This document shows, in pieces, positions 22,582-31,242 of a stretch of 64,000 nt of DNA. The notes beneath the pieces are model-generated. The model was not told the origin of the DNA, searched no databases, and worked only from the letters and a program-made list of their open reading frames with translations. Position numbers and translations under genes: made by a program. The DNA is from a bacterium (lineage in GTDB: Bacteria; Pseudomonadota; Gammaproteobacteria; GCA-002705445; GCA-002716945), in contig JAPOHH010000003.1 of assembly GCA_029979505.1 (NCBI GenBank), positions 8,635 to 72,634 on the forward strand. Direction: 5' to 3'. Position 1 is the stretch's first letter, and the number at the start of each line of letters is the position of its first letter.

Positions 22582-24000
22582 ATGTATAAATTTTTATTAA
22601 TTACCTTATTACTATTTGCTTCAGGCAATTCATCCTCACATTCAGATATGGAGTCGCCTAAACTAGGTGATACGTTAAATAAGACGATTACAATTGATGA
22701 AGAAGAGAAGATTGGTAGAAATATCTATAAAAACCTTCAAAAAAATAACTATATTATCAATAATTATTTTATATACGACTACATAACCTATCTTGGAAAT
22801 AGACTAAGTAGAAATATTTTACTCGAAAGAGATTATTTATTTTTCATAACTAAATCCACAGATGTGAATGCATTTGCTGTTCCAGGTGGATTTATGGGTA
22901 TAAATGCTGGATTAATGGTTCTAACCCAGAACGAGGCTCAACTGGCTGGTGTCATATCTCATGAATTGGGCCACGTAGTATTAAGACATTCAGCTGAAAT
23001 GATGGCAAATAGTAATGTTAATTCAATTCCTATGTGGATAGGTATTTTTGCAGGCCTTTTAGCTGGACAGACAGAGGCAAGTATAGCTTCTATAAAATCT
23101 GGGATCGGTTTGTCAATACAAAACAATATTAACCTAGTCAGAGAAAATGAAATTGAATCTGATAATTTTGCTGTCTCTTTGATGCTAAAGAGTAATTACG
23201 ATTTGAATGAAATGGCAAAATTTTTTCGGCTAATGCAAGGGGATGCAAATAATCAAAATCAAGTTAATGAATACTTTTTGACTCATCCATTATATAAAAA
23301 CAGAATAAGCTCTATTCAGAAACGTGCTGAGTACCAGGATAATCCAATGACAAATAGTTCTGACGATTATCATTACATAAAAAATTTACTTGAAAACATG
23401 TTAGGAATACCAGTAGATGCTAACTCAACAAAAACTGAAGCTCTAAAAAATCATCGTGCGGCATTGAGTTATATGAGTCAAGGTGAGTATTTGAAAGCTA
23501 AAAAAGTACTACAACCAAGTTATGACAAAGATAATTATAATATATATATCGCATCATTAATGTCTGAAATTTTATGGTTGCATGGTGAAAAAAATATTTC
23601 TAAAAACATTCTAAAAAAGATACTAGCGATTTACCCAAATAACAATGCCATAAATAATCAGCTTTATTTTTTTAATATTAAAGATTCTGTAAATCTAAAA
23701 GCTTCCTTATCAGGATTAAATAAATTGATGGAGCATAATCTATATAATCCTGATTCTTATAAACTATTAGCAGAAGGATACTCAAAAATAGACTATACAT
23801 ACGAATCTAAAATTGCACTAATAAATTATTACAACATTAAGGGTAATATGCCTATGGCATTCAAAGTTATCGATGATGGATTAAAATTAAAAAAACTCAA
23901 CAATTCACAAAAAGATAGTCTTAAGAGACTCAAAAACACTATTTTATGTGATACTAATCCCCCGCTTGAGCCTATATTTGGCAATAAAACCTGCAATTAA
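22582..24000 (+). CDS. bepA: M48 metalloprotease, BepA/YfgC-like
   Basis: Signal peptide, VNAFAVPGG, HELGH zinc motif, E.ESD, LTHP; helical-repeat C-terminus. Confidence 0.85.
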   Translation: MYKFLLITLLLFASGNSSSHSDMESPKLGDTLNKTITIDEEEKIGRNIYKNLQKNNYIINNYFIYDYITYLGNRLSRNILLERDYLFFITKSTDVNAFAVPGGFMGINAGLMVLTQNEAQLAGVISHELGHVVLRHSAEMMANSNVNSIPMWIGIFAGLLAGQTEASIASIKSGIGLSIQNNINLVRENEIESDNFAVSLMLKSNYDLNEMAKFFRLMQGDANNQNQVNEYFLTHPLYKNRISSIQKRAEYQDNPMTNSSDDYHYIKNLLENMLGIPVDANSTKTEALKNHRAALSYMSQGEYLKAKKVLQPSYDKDNYNIYIASLMSEILWLHGEKNISKNILKKILAIYPNNNAINNQLYFFNIKDSVNLKASLSGLNKLMEHNLYNPDSYKLLAEGYSKIDYTYESKIALINYYNIKGNMPMAFKVIDDGLKLKKLNNSQKDSLKRLKNTILCDTNPPLEPIFGNKTCN

Positions 24001-24041
24001 AAAATGTTTTAATAAAATGCATTCATCTATATAATGTAGCC

Positions 24042-24377
24042 ATGAAAAGCTTAATGAAATACCTCATATTTATCCTGATTGCAGCACCTATGTATGCAGT
24101 TGGTGATAATATTGAAGAAGGAAAAAAGCTAACATTTGATAGGAAAAAAGGCAATTGCCTTGCTTGTCATATGATTGATGATGGTGAACTTGCAGGTAAT
24201 AACGGACCTCCACTGCTTGCCATGAAACAAAGGTTCCCTGATAGAGAAGTGTTATTTCAACAAATATGGGATCCAACAGAAAGTAATCCGTACTCATTTA
24301 TGCCTCCATTTGGCAAACATGGTGCATTAACTAAAAACGAAATTAATAAGATAATGGATTATCTATACACATTGTGA
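24042..24377 (+). CDS. soxX: Sulfur oxidation cytochrome SoxX
   Basis: Signal peptide, KGNCLACH, GNNGPPL, MPPFG; heads soxYZA. Confidence 0.95.
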   Translation: MKSLMKYLIFILIAAPMYAVGDNIEEGKKLTFDRKKGNCLACHMIDDGELAGNNGPPLLAMKQRFPDREVLFQQIWDPTESNPYSFMPPFGKHGALTKNEINKIMDYLYTL

Positions 24378-24384
24378 GGCAAAT

Positions 24385-24846
24385 ATGAAAAGAAGAAATT
24401 TCATAAAAAATAGTATCTTGTTTGCGGGAGCTCTTGCAGTAGCGCCAGCAGCGATATTATCTAATCATGCATATGCTGCATGGCCAAAAAAATCTTTTGA
24501 CATCAAAGATTTGGCAGATTCTGTGAAAAGTGTTTATGGCCATAATAATTTAGAGGAATCCTCTAAAGTTAAGCTTAAAGCTCCTTCAATCGCAGAAAAT
24601 GGAGCTATTGTTCCGATAAATGTTTCAACCACTTTAGACAATGTTGAATCAATAATGATTTTTGTTGAAAATAATCCACAGCCGTTATCTAGTGGGTATC
24701 AACTCACAAACTTAGCAGAGCCTTCAATTGGCACAAGACTTAAGATGGGTAAAACATCAAATGTCATGGCTGCGGTAAAAAGTGGTGATAAAGTATACAC
24801 CTCAACACAAGAAGTAAAAGTAACAATCGGAGGCTGCGGAGGATAA
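24385..24846 (+). CDS. soxY: Thiosulfate carrier protein SoxY
   Basis: Tat signal MKRRNFIK, AENGAIVP, C-terminal VKVTIGGCGG swinging arm. Confidence 0.98.
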   Translation: MKRRNFIKNSILFAGALAVAPAAILSNHAYAAWPKKSFDIKDLADSVKSVYGHNNLEESSKVKLKAPSIAENGAIVPINVSTTLDNVESIMIFVENNPQPLSSGYQLTNLAEPSIGTRLKMGKTSNVMAAVKSGDKVYTSTQEVKVTIGGCGG

Positions 24847-24848
24847 TT

Positions 24849-25157
24849 ATGAGCACTATTAAGATGAGATCGAAAGAATCAAATGGCGTTGTAACTGTAA
24901 AGGCTCTTATAAAGCATCCTATGGAGACAGGGCAACGTAAAAATAAGAAAACAGGTGACTTAATTCCTGCACACTACATTCAAGAAGTTCATGGAAAAGC
25001 TAATAATAAGGACATTATAACAATTCATTGGGGACCTGCTGTTTCGAAGAATCCTTACCTTACTTTTAAATATAAAGGTAGCAAAGGCGATAATGTTCAA
25101 ATTTCCTGGGTAGATAATCAAGGAAACAGAGATACAAACACAGGTAAGGTTAAATAG
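24849..25157 (+). CDS. soxZ: Thiosulfate carrier complex protein SoxZ
   Basis: HPMETGQRK, PAHYI, VSKNPY, WVDNQG. Confidence 0.98.
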   Translation: MSTIKMRSKESNGVVTVKALIKHPMETGQRKNKKTGDLIPAHYIQEVHGKANNKDIITIHWGPAVSKNPYLTFKYKGSKGDNVQISWVDNQGNRDTNTGKVK

Positions 25158-25159
25158 TA

Positions 25160-25987
25160 ATGTTCAGAAAGTTCTTGGTGATTATATTATTACTTCCTGC
25201 TATATCATCTTTAGCTAGTCCTGAGAATGATTATGAAAAGTTTGTAGAGTATTTTAAAGATAGATTCCCAAATACACCTTACGAAGATTATAAAAATGGC
25301 GTTTATTCTATTGATAAGTCTGCAAGGGAACAATGGGAAGCAATGGAGGAGTTTCCTCCATACGAACTTAACGTTGACCGCGGTGAAGAATTATTTAACA
25401 CTCCATTCAAAAATGGTAATACTTACGGCTCATGCTTTGAAAATAATGGAATTGGAATAAGACAAAACTATCCTTATTTTGATGAGGATAAAGCTAAAGT
25501 TGTAACCCTAGAAGGTGCACTTAATGAATGTAGAATTAAAAATGGCGAGAAGCCTCTCAGTTACTTCAAAGGTAAAGAACTAGCACACGTGTCAGCGTAT
25601 ATGGCTTACACATCTAGAGGGAATAAATTTAATGTACAAATTCCTAATACTCAAGCAGCACTTGATGCATATGAAAATGGTAAGAGACTCTATTTTACAA
25701 AAAAAGGTCAATTAAATTTTTCATGTGCTGATTGTCATGTTTATCAAACTGGTACTAAACTCCGTGCAGACATCCCAAGCCCTGCAATTGGTCACCCAAC
25801 ACATTTTCCAGTATATAGATCGGGCATGGGAAGATTGGTAACACTTCATGAAAGATTCTCGGGATGCCTAAATCGTATCAGAGCAAAAGGATTACCTGGC
25901 GGAAGTGATGAGCTTAACAACTTAGAGTTCTTTACAACTTTTATGAGCAATGGCCTAGAAGTAAATGGACCAGGCTCTAGAAAATAA
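25160..25987 (+). CDS. soxA: SoxA, monoheme type
   Basis: Single CADCH heme site, HFPVYR, active-site RFSGC..RIRA; first heme site degenerate (YGSCF). Confidence 0.95.
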   Translation: MFRKFLVIILLLPAISSLASPENDYEKFVEYFKDRFPNTPYEDYKNGVYSIDKSAREQWEAMEEFPPYELNVDRGEELFNTPFKNGNTYGSCFENNGIGIRQNYPYFDEDKAKVVTLEGALNECRIKNGEKPLSYFKGKELAHVSAYMAYTSRGNKFNVQIPNTQAALDAYENGKRLYFTKKGQLNFSCADCHVYQTGTKLRADIPSPAIGHPTHFPVYRSGMGRLVTLHERFSGCLNRIRAKGLPGGSDELNNLEFFTTFMSNGLEVNGPGSRK

Positions 25988-26011
25988 ATTCAAATAAGAT
26001 ATACTCATCAT

Positions 26012-26512
26012 ATGTTCAGCAAGAGCTTAAGTAGAACTTTCGTTTATATATTCACTATTGCGCTACTATCTTCATGTGCAAACATGCAAGCAATGATTGA
26101 GTCTCAAGCTCAGGAAGAGCAAGAAATATCAGTAGAACAAAAGCTTCAAGTAGCAATTCCATTGCCAGAAGATTCGAAATATCTTATTAATAAGACTGTT
26201 ATATTTGGAGAAGGAAGCAAATTTTCTGGAATACTCTATCTTCAACATGATAAGTCAGCAGATGATATAGCTAACTTCTATAGAAAAAACCTTATATCAG
26301 ATGGATGGTCAGAAATTGGAATTGTGAGATCAAGGTTTATCTTAATTAATTTCGAAAAAGAAAATAGATTTGCGACTATTAAAGTGATACGTACCATGTT
26401 TGAAAAATCAGAATCAGAGATTACGATTGGTCCAAAATCATCAACACAGTTAGAAAAGAGTTTAGAAATTGATAGTAATAGCTCATCTGACGAACCATTT
26501 ATAGTTCAGTAA
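26012..26512 (+). CDS. Hypothetical lipoprotein
   Basis: Lipobox LLSSC after a hydrophobic stretch; IPLP and FY....GW motif; no assigned function. Confidence 0.75.
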   Translation: MFSKSLSRTFVYIFTIALLSSCANMQAMIESQAQEEQEISVEQKLQVAIPLPEDSKYLINKTVIFGEGSKFSGILYLQHDKSADDIANFYRKNLISDGWSEIGIVRSRFILINFEKENRFATIKVIRTMFEKSESEITIGPKSSTQLEKSLEIDSNSSSDEPFIVQ

Positions 26513-27487
26513 TCACTCCAAGATTACATCAATGACTTCGTCTAGATATAAATCTCTAAAGAAGTGTCCTGCTCCATCAACTATCACAGTTCTTATATTA
26601 GCGTTGTTAATTAAATCATATTTTTTATATGTATCTTCTAAAATCTCATCTTCAGTTCCAGAAAAGACTATCGTCTGTGATTTGCTATCATTTAGCAGCT
26701 CAATCATATCAAAAGTAAAAGGATATAAATCTTTATTATTTGAAAAATCTAGATATGATCTGAATGTCTTAGCTGATACATTAACATTTTCACAAAAAAG
26801 AAAATTGATTAATCCATACTTATCTTTTATATAATAGTTTTTGTTATCACTTATAATATCTTTGTAGGGTATATTTAATTCATTTTCGTAATATTCCTTC
26901 GTACCTATATAAGTATCAATGGTAGGTGCTAGTAAGTAACTATTTACAGTTGCTTTGTCAATTATAGATAATGCTTGGACAACATTATAAGCTCCTCTTG
27001 AATGTCCAATAAAATTTATTTTTTTATAACATTTATTTTCAAGATATTTATACCATTTTACTATTTCTTTAACTGACTGATGCTCATTATGATTATGCTT
27101 TATATTACAATCCAAAAATTTATCTTCACGTTTGTCAATCCCATAACTTAAATTTATAGTTAGCACGTCATACCCTTCGCTATGCAATCTAGATGTGAGT
27201 GATTGAATAATTTCCATCCCTTTATATGATCTTGCTCCATGGACAATTAAAAATACAGAATCATTTTTTTCAATACGATACAATTCTCCAACAAGTTCAA
27301 TATCATGCTGGCTTTGAAGAATAATTTGATTGGGAGATGATTTTGCTGGTTCGATGAAAATAGTTATTATACATAAGGCAGTGATTAGTAAACTAGGGCG
27401 TACAGGATTCGAACCTGTGACAAATGGCTTAAAAGGCCACTGCTCTACCAACTGAGCTAACGCCCCAAATATACTATATTTTCTCAA
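26513..27487 (-). CDS. Secreted alpha/beta-hydrolase (start uncertain, overlaps tRNA-Lys)
   Basis: HG oxyanion motif, GHSRG nucleophile elbow, GTEDE, GAGHFF; signal-peptide-like LLITALCIITIFIEPAKS begins right after the tRNA. Confidence 0.8.
   Translation of the reverse strand: MRKYSIFGALAQLVEQWPFKPFVTGSNPVRPSLLITALCIITIFIEPAKSSPNQIILQSQHDIELVGELYRIEKNDSVFLIVHGARSYKGMEIIQSLTSRLHSEGYDVLTINLSYGIDKREDKFLDCNIKHNHNEHQSVKEIVKWYKYLENKCYKKINFIGHSRGAYNVVQALSIIDKATVNSYLLAPTIDTYIGTKEYYENELNIPYKDIISDNKNYYIKDKYGLINFLFCENVNVSAKTFRSYLDFSNNKDLYPFTFDMIELLNDSKSQTIVFSGTEDEILEDTYKKYDLINNANIRTVIVDGAGHFFRDLYLDEVIDVILE
27394..27466 (-). tRNA. tRNA-Lys (anticodon TTT), CCA not encoded
   Basis: GGGGCGT-TA-GCTC-AGTTGGTA-GAGC-A-GTGGC-CTTTTAA-GCCAT-TTGTC-ACAGG-TTCGAAT-CCTGT-ACGCCCT-A; complete 73-nt cloverleaf. 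Confidence 0.97.
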
Positions 27488-28673
27488 GAGTTCTAATTTT
27501 CTCAGGTAATACTTTTAAATCTATCAAAGAATTTTTGACGAGTTCAAAAAAAGTACTATCTTCATATACTGCTCTATAATACTCGATTTTCATCATTAAT
27601 GAAGCTCCGAATATAATTGATATCAATGTAATTATAGATCCTAATGCAAGTGTAGAAACACCAGTTACTCCTTGACCAATTGTGCATCCTAGTGAGAGAA
27701 CACCTCCTATACCAATTAACACTGCTCCCAAAAGATGTCTGAAGAAATCATGTTTATTTGCAAACCATTCTATTCTTAGATTATTACTAACTAATGCATA
27801 AACAAATGACCCAAACACAGTCGAAATAAGTGCAGTAACACCAAATGTTAAATAGAAACTATCGAATATGCTTGATGAATATATCAAAAATTCACCCATT
27901 GGATTAATAAAGGTAAATGACTGAACTCCAACCGATGGATATGGTGTGTCTAGGAAATCATTATTTTCAATCCAATTCTGTCCAAGTTCGCCACCTGATA
28001 TAAGCCATGCTAATGTAACAACTAATCCAACAACAAATCCAGATAAGATATTATCAGATGAAAGCTTTGAATATGATGAAAATATATACTTCAATAGAAA
28101 TATGCTTATTAAAGCAGGCAAAAAGAGTGTAATTATCATGTTACTTGAGTCTATCCCTGTAAGGGATGCTAACATAGTGTGGAGAGACTGATCTGAAATA
28201 CCTAATTTAGCTAAATCAGGACTGATGGGATTCATCCAACTGTGAAATAAAAGCCCATAAAAATCTGTTCTAGTCATTAATAAGGCCATTAATCCAGCTA
28301 TAATTAAAACGAATACAGATTTAATGTTTCCTCCCCCTATTCTGATTAAAATTTTATTGCCGCACCCACTTGCTAGTGTCATACCAATTCCAAACATGAT
28401 TCCACCAAGTATGTACCTCGGCCAAAAAAATACGGAATTTCTGTACGGGATTCTTGACTCATCTATATCTACGATACTCATATACTCAAGTAGTGTAACT
28501 CCAACAATTGCAGTAGTAATTGCAAGAAGCCATGCTTTAAATCTTGAACTATCTCCAATATTAACTAAATCTGAGACAGCCCCCATAGTACAGAAATTTG
28601 TTTTATTAACAACGTACCCAAGTATAAACCCTAATACAGATGTGTAAATTAATAGTGTAGTAATGATATCCAT
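27474..28673 (-). CDS. YeeE/YedE family sulfur (thiosulfate) transporter
   Basis: FCTMGAVSD, LASGCG, LSLGCTIGQG conserved cysteine motifs; multiple TM helices. Confidence 0.93.
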   Translation of the reverse strand: MDIITTLLIYTSVLGFILGYVVNKTNFCTMGAVSDLVNIGDSSRFKAWLLAITTAIVGVTLLEYMSIVDIDESRIPYRNSVFFWPRYILGGIMFGIGMTLASGCGNKILIRIGGGNIKSVFVLIIAGLMALLMTRTDFYGLLFHSWMNPISPDLAKLGISDQSLHTMLASLTGIDSSNMIITLFLPALISIFLLKYIFSSYSKLSSDNILSGFVVGLVVTLAWLISGGELGQNWIENNDFLDTPYPSVGVQSFTFINPMGEFLIYSSSIFDSFYLTFGVTALISTVFGSFVYALVSNNLRIEWFANKHDFFRHLLGAVLIGIGGVLSLGCTIGQGVTGVSTLALGSIITLISIIFGASLMMKIEYYRAVYEDSTFFELVKNSLIDLKVLPEKIRTLEKI

Positions 28674-28713
28674 AGTCTTACAAAGTCACAGTTTATATAT
28701 TTTTATAATTATT

Positions 28714-29388
28714 TCAATTTTTATATATAGTTTGGTCTTTAACACCAGATAATCTAAAACCCTCTTTTCTAAATTTACAGGAGTCACATTTACCGCAGGC
28801 TCTCCCTTCATTATCCAATTGATAACATGAGACAGTTTGTGAGTAATCTACACCCAAACTGTCACCATATTTTATAATTTCACTTTTAGACATATCAATT
28901 AGAGGAGTGTGTATATTCAACTTACGCCCATCCACGCCTGTTTTAGTTCCAAGATTTATCATGTTAGAAAATGATTGTATAAACTCTGGCCTGCAATCTG
29001 GATATCCAGAATAATCAACCTGGTTAACACCTATGAAAATATCATTGATGTGCATTTTTTCTGCATAAGCTGCAGCAATGGACAAAAAAATTGTATTTCG
29101 AGCAGGTACATATGTAACTGGTATTCCATCATGGTTTGATATAGGTACAGATATCTTGCTATCAGTCAACGCAGAACCACCAATCTGAGTAAGATCTATT
29201 TTAAAGATAAAACCATTAAGTTGTAATTTTTTAAGATAATTTTTACTAGCTTGGATTTCATACTTGTGCCTCTGATTATAATCAATTGTTAAGGCTGTAC
29301 ACTTATATCCTTGTGATATTGCATGATGAAGCACAGTTGTAGAGTCTAAACCGCAAGAGAATAATATTAAAGCTTGATTACTTCCCAT
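28714..29388 (-). CDS. queC: 7-cyano-7-deazaguanine synthase
   Basis: SCGLDS, YVPARN, GYPDCRPEF, SCY...ACGKCDSC. Confidence 0.97.
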   Translation of the reverse strand: MGSNQALILFSCGLDSTTVLHHAISQGYKCTALTIDYNQRHKYEIQASKNYLKKLQLNGFIFKIDLTQIGGSALTDSKISVPISNHDGIPVTYVPARNTIFLSIAAAYAEKMHINDIFIGVNQVDYSGYPDCRPEFIQSFSNMINLGTKTGVDGRKLNIHTPLIDMSKSEIIKYGDSLGVDYSQTVSCYQLDNEGRACGKCDSCKFRKEGFRLSGVKDQTIYKN

Positions 29389-30019
29389 TAATCTCACCCC
29401 AAATAGTTTTATGTAATTGTGTTTGTAGTCTAACTTTCAAAGAGTTGTCTAAAATTAAATTTGCTAATTCTTGTAATGGCATTTCTCCATATGAAGGTGA
29501 AAAAAGGATGGGACAGATATTATAGAGATTATTTTGATTTATATACTCAACTGCCCAGTTAAAATCATCAAGACTACAGATTACAAATTTAATTTCATCT
29601 GATGATTTTAATTCTTGGTAATTAGAGATCAAATTTTTATCTTCTTCTTGAGATCCTGGTGTTTTTACGTCTAAAATAATTGAAACTCTTGAATCAATGT
29701 CTTTAATACTTATGCAGTTACTAGTCTCTATAGAAACAGAGTATCCTAAATCACATAGTTTACTCATAAAAAAGAGAACATTTTTTTGAGCTAGAGGTTC
29801 TCCACCAGTTACTGTGACAAATTTAGTTAAATTAATATTTAATTTAGAAATGATTTCATCAAATGTCATTTTTGTACCGCTTCTAAAAGCATACTCAGTA
29901 TCACAATACACACATCTCAAGGGACAACCTGTCAAACGAATAAAATGAGTTGGTAAACCTGACCGAGAGGTTTCCCCCTGAATTGAATAAAACATTTCAT
30001 TAATAATTAAACTAGTCAT
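29378..30019 (-). CDS. queE: 7-carboxy-7-deazaguanine synthase (radical SAM)
   Basis: SIQGE, GCPLRCVYCDT, TGGEPL, QLHKTIW. Confidence 0.97.
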   Translation of the reverse strand: MTSLIINEMFYSIQGETSRSGLPTHFIRLTGCPLRCVYCDTEYAFRSGTKMTFDEIISKLNINLTKFVTVTGGEPLAQKNVLFFMSKLCDLGYSVSIETSNCISIKDIDSRVSIILDVKTPGSQEEDKNLISNYQELKSSDEIKFVICSLDDFNWAVEYINQNNLYNICPILFSPSYGEMPLQELANLILDNSLKVRLQTQLHKTIWGEINGK

Positions 30020-30024
30020 AATTC

Positions 30025-30522
30025 TTAAATAGATTTAATTTCATCCGGAGTATTCATACTAGTGATGCCATGACATAACGCTACACCTAGTGCGTCTGAT
30101 GCATCAATTTCAAGTTTCCTGCGAATACGAAGCGTTCTCTTAACAAATTTTTGTAATTCATCTTTGTCGGCAGCACCATTACCCGTGATAATCATTTTAA
30201 CTCGTCTGGGACTATACTCATAAATTTTTCTATCATCTCCACTGCATGCAGATAGTGCAGCTCCTCTGGCTTGACCTAGCTTAATAGCAGTTCCCGCATT
30301 AACGCTAAAAAATACAGACTCGAGCGCAATCTCATTTGGTTTATATATATCTATAAGTCTTTGCGTATTTTTATGTATAAGAGATAGTTTTGTCGTGTAT
30401 AGATTCTTAAGACCAGTTTTTATAACCTCATGATGGATATACGTTAGTTTATTACTTTCAGAGTTTATAATACCGTAGCCAGTAATATTAGTACCAGGGT
30501 CTATTCCTAATATGATGGTCAT
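30025..30522 (-). CDS. ruvC: Holliday junction resolvase RuvC
   Basis: ILGIDPG...TGYG, E..F, LGQARG, DASDALGVA.CH. Confidence 0.97.
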   Translation of the reverse strand: MTIILGIDPGTNITGYGIINSESNKLTYIHHEVIKTGLKNLYTTKLSLIHKNTQRLIDIYKPNEIALESVFFSVNAGTAIKLGQARGAALSACSGDDRKIYEYSPRRVKMIITGNGAADKDELQKFVKRTLRIRRKLEIDASDALGVALCHGITSMNTPDEIKSI

Positions 30523-30528
30523 ATTAAA

Positions 30529-31242
30529 TTATAATACATTTATATTAGTATATATATTTTGTACATCATCTAATTCTTCTAAATTTTCTGTAAATAGCTC
30601 AACTTGCTCAATATCTGAATCTGAAATATCACAAAAAGTAATAGGTTCGAGAATAATTTCTTCGTCTTTAGTAGCAAGAGATTTTTCTTCAAAAAATGAT
30701 TTAACTTTAAAAAGATCTGAGGGTTCTGTATTTAATATACAGTTGCTATCAGATTGTTCATAATCTAGTATGTCTACATCATCTATATAATTTATTAATT
30801 CGTCTTCAGATGTATCTAGTAAAGTTAAGATGCCTATTTTTTTAAATAAGTGTGACACAGAACCTTTTGTTCCTAGACTGCCATTATATTTTGTAAGAGC
30901 ATGCCTAACTTCTGATACTGTGCGATTTTTATTATCAGTAAGACATTCAATAATAACCGCAATACCTTTTGGACCATATCCTTCGTAAGTGATTTCTTCA
31001 AAAGAATCACTATTCTGACCAGAGCCTTTTTTTATTGCTCTATCAATAGTATCTTTTGGAACACTATTTTTATTAGCCTTAGACATAGCAAGTCTTAACC
31101 TAGAGTTACTAGAGACATCTGGTCCAGCTAATTTAACCGCTACCGTTATTTCTCTGATTATCTTGGTGAATACTTTGCCGCGCTTGTTGTCTTGTGCTTT
31201 TTTTCTATGCTGAATGTTAGCCCATTTACTATGTCCTGCCAT
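30529..31242 (-). CDS. yebC: YebC/PmpR family protein
   Basis: MAGHSKWANIQHRK, YEGYGP, TDNKNRT, DDVQNIYTN. Confidence 0.98.
   Translation of the reverse strand: MAGHSKWANIQHRKKAQDNKRGKVFTKIIREITVAVKLAGPDVSSNSRLRLAMSKANKNSVPKDTIDRAIKKGSGQNSDSFEEITYEGYGPKGIAVIIECLTDNKNRTVSEVRHALTKYNGSLGTKGSVSHLFKKIGILTLLDTSEDELINYIDDVDILDYEQSDSNCILNTEPSDLFKVKSFFEEKSLATKDEEIILEPITFCDISDSDIEQVELFTENLEELDDVQNIYTNINVL

Noticed and set aside
27300-27374. Out-of-frame ATG just downstream of tRNA-Lys (MYNNYFHRTSK...) as the hydrolase start with a frameshift
   Set aside because: The hydrophobic signal sequence is in the main frame and begins upstream of this ATG; the short ORF stops after about 23 codons.
24042-27393. 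sox cluster as a genomic island integrated at tRNA-Lys
   Set aside because: No integrase or transposase, and no duplicated tRNA 3' end was seen by eye; an ancient event cannot be excluded.
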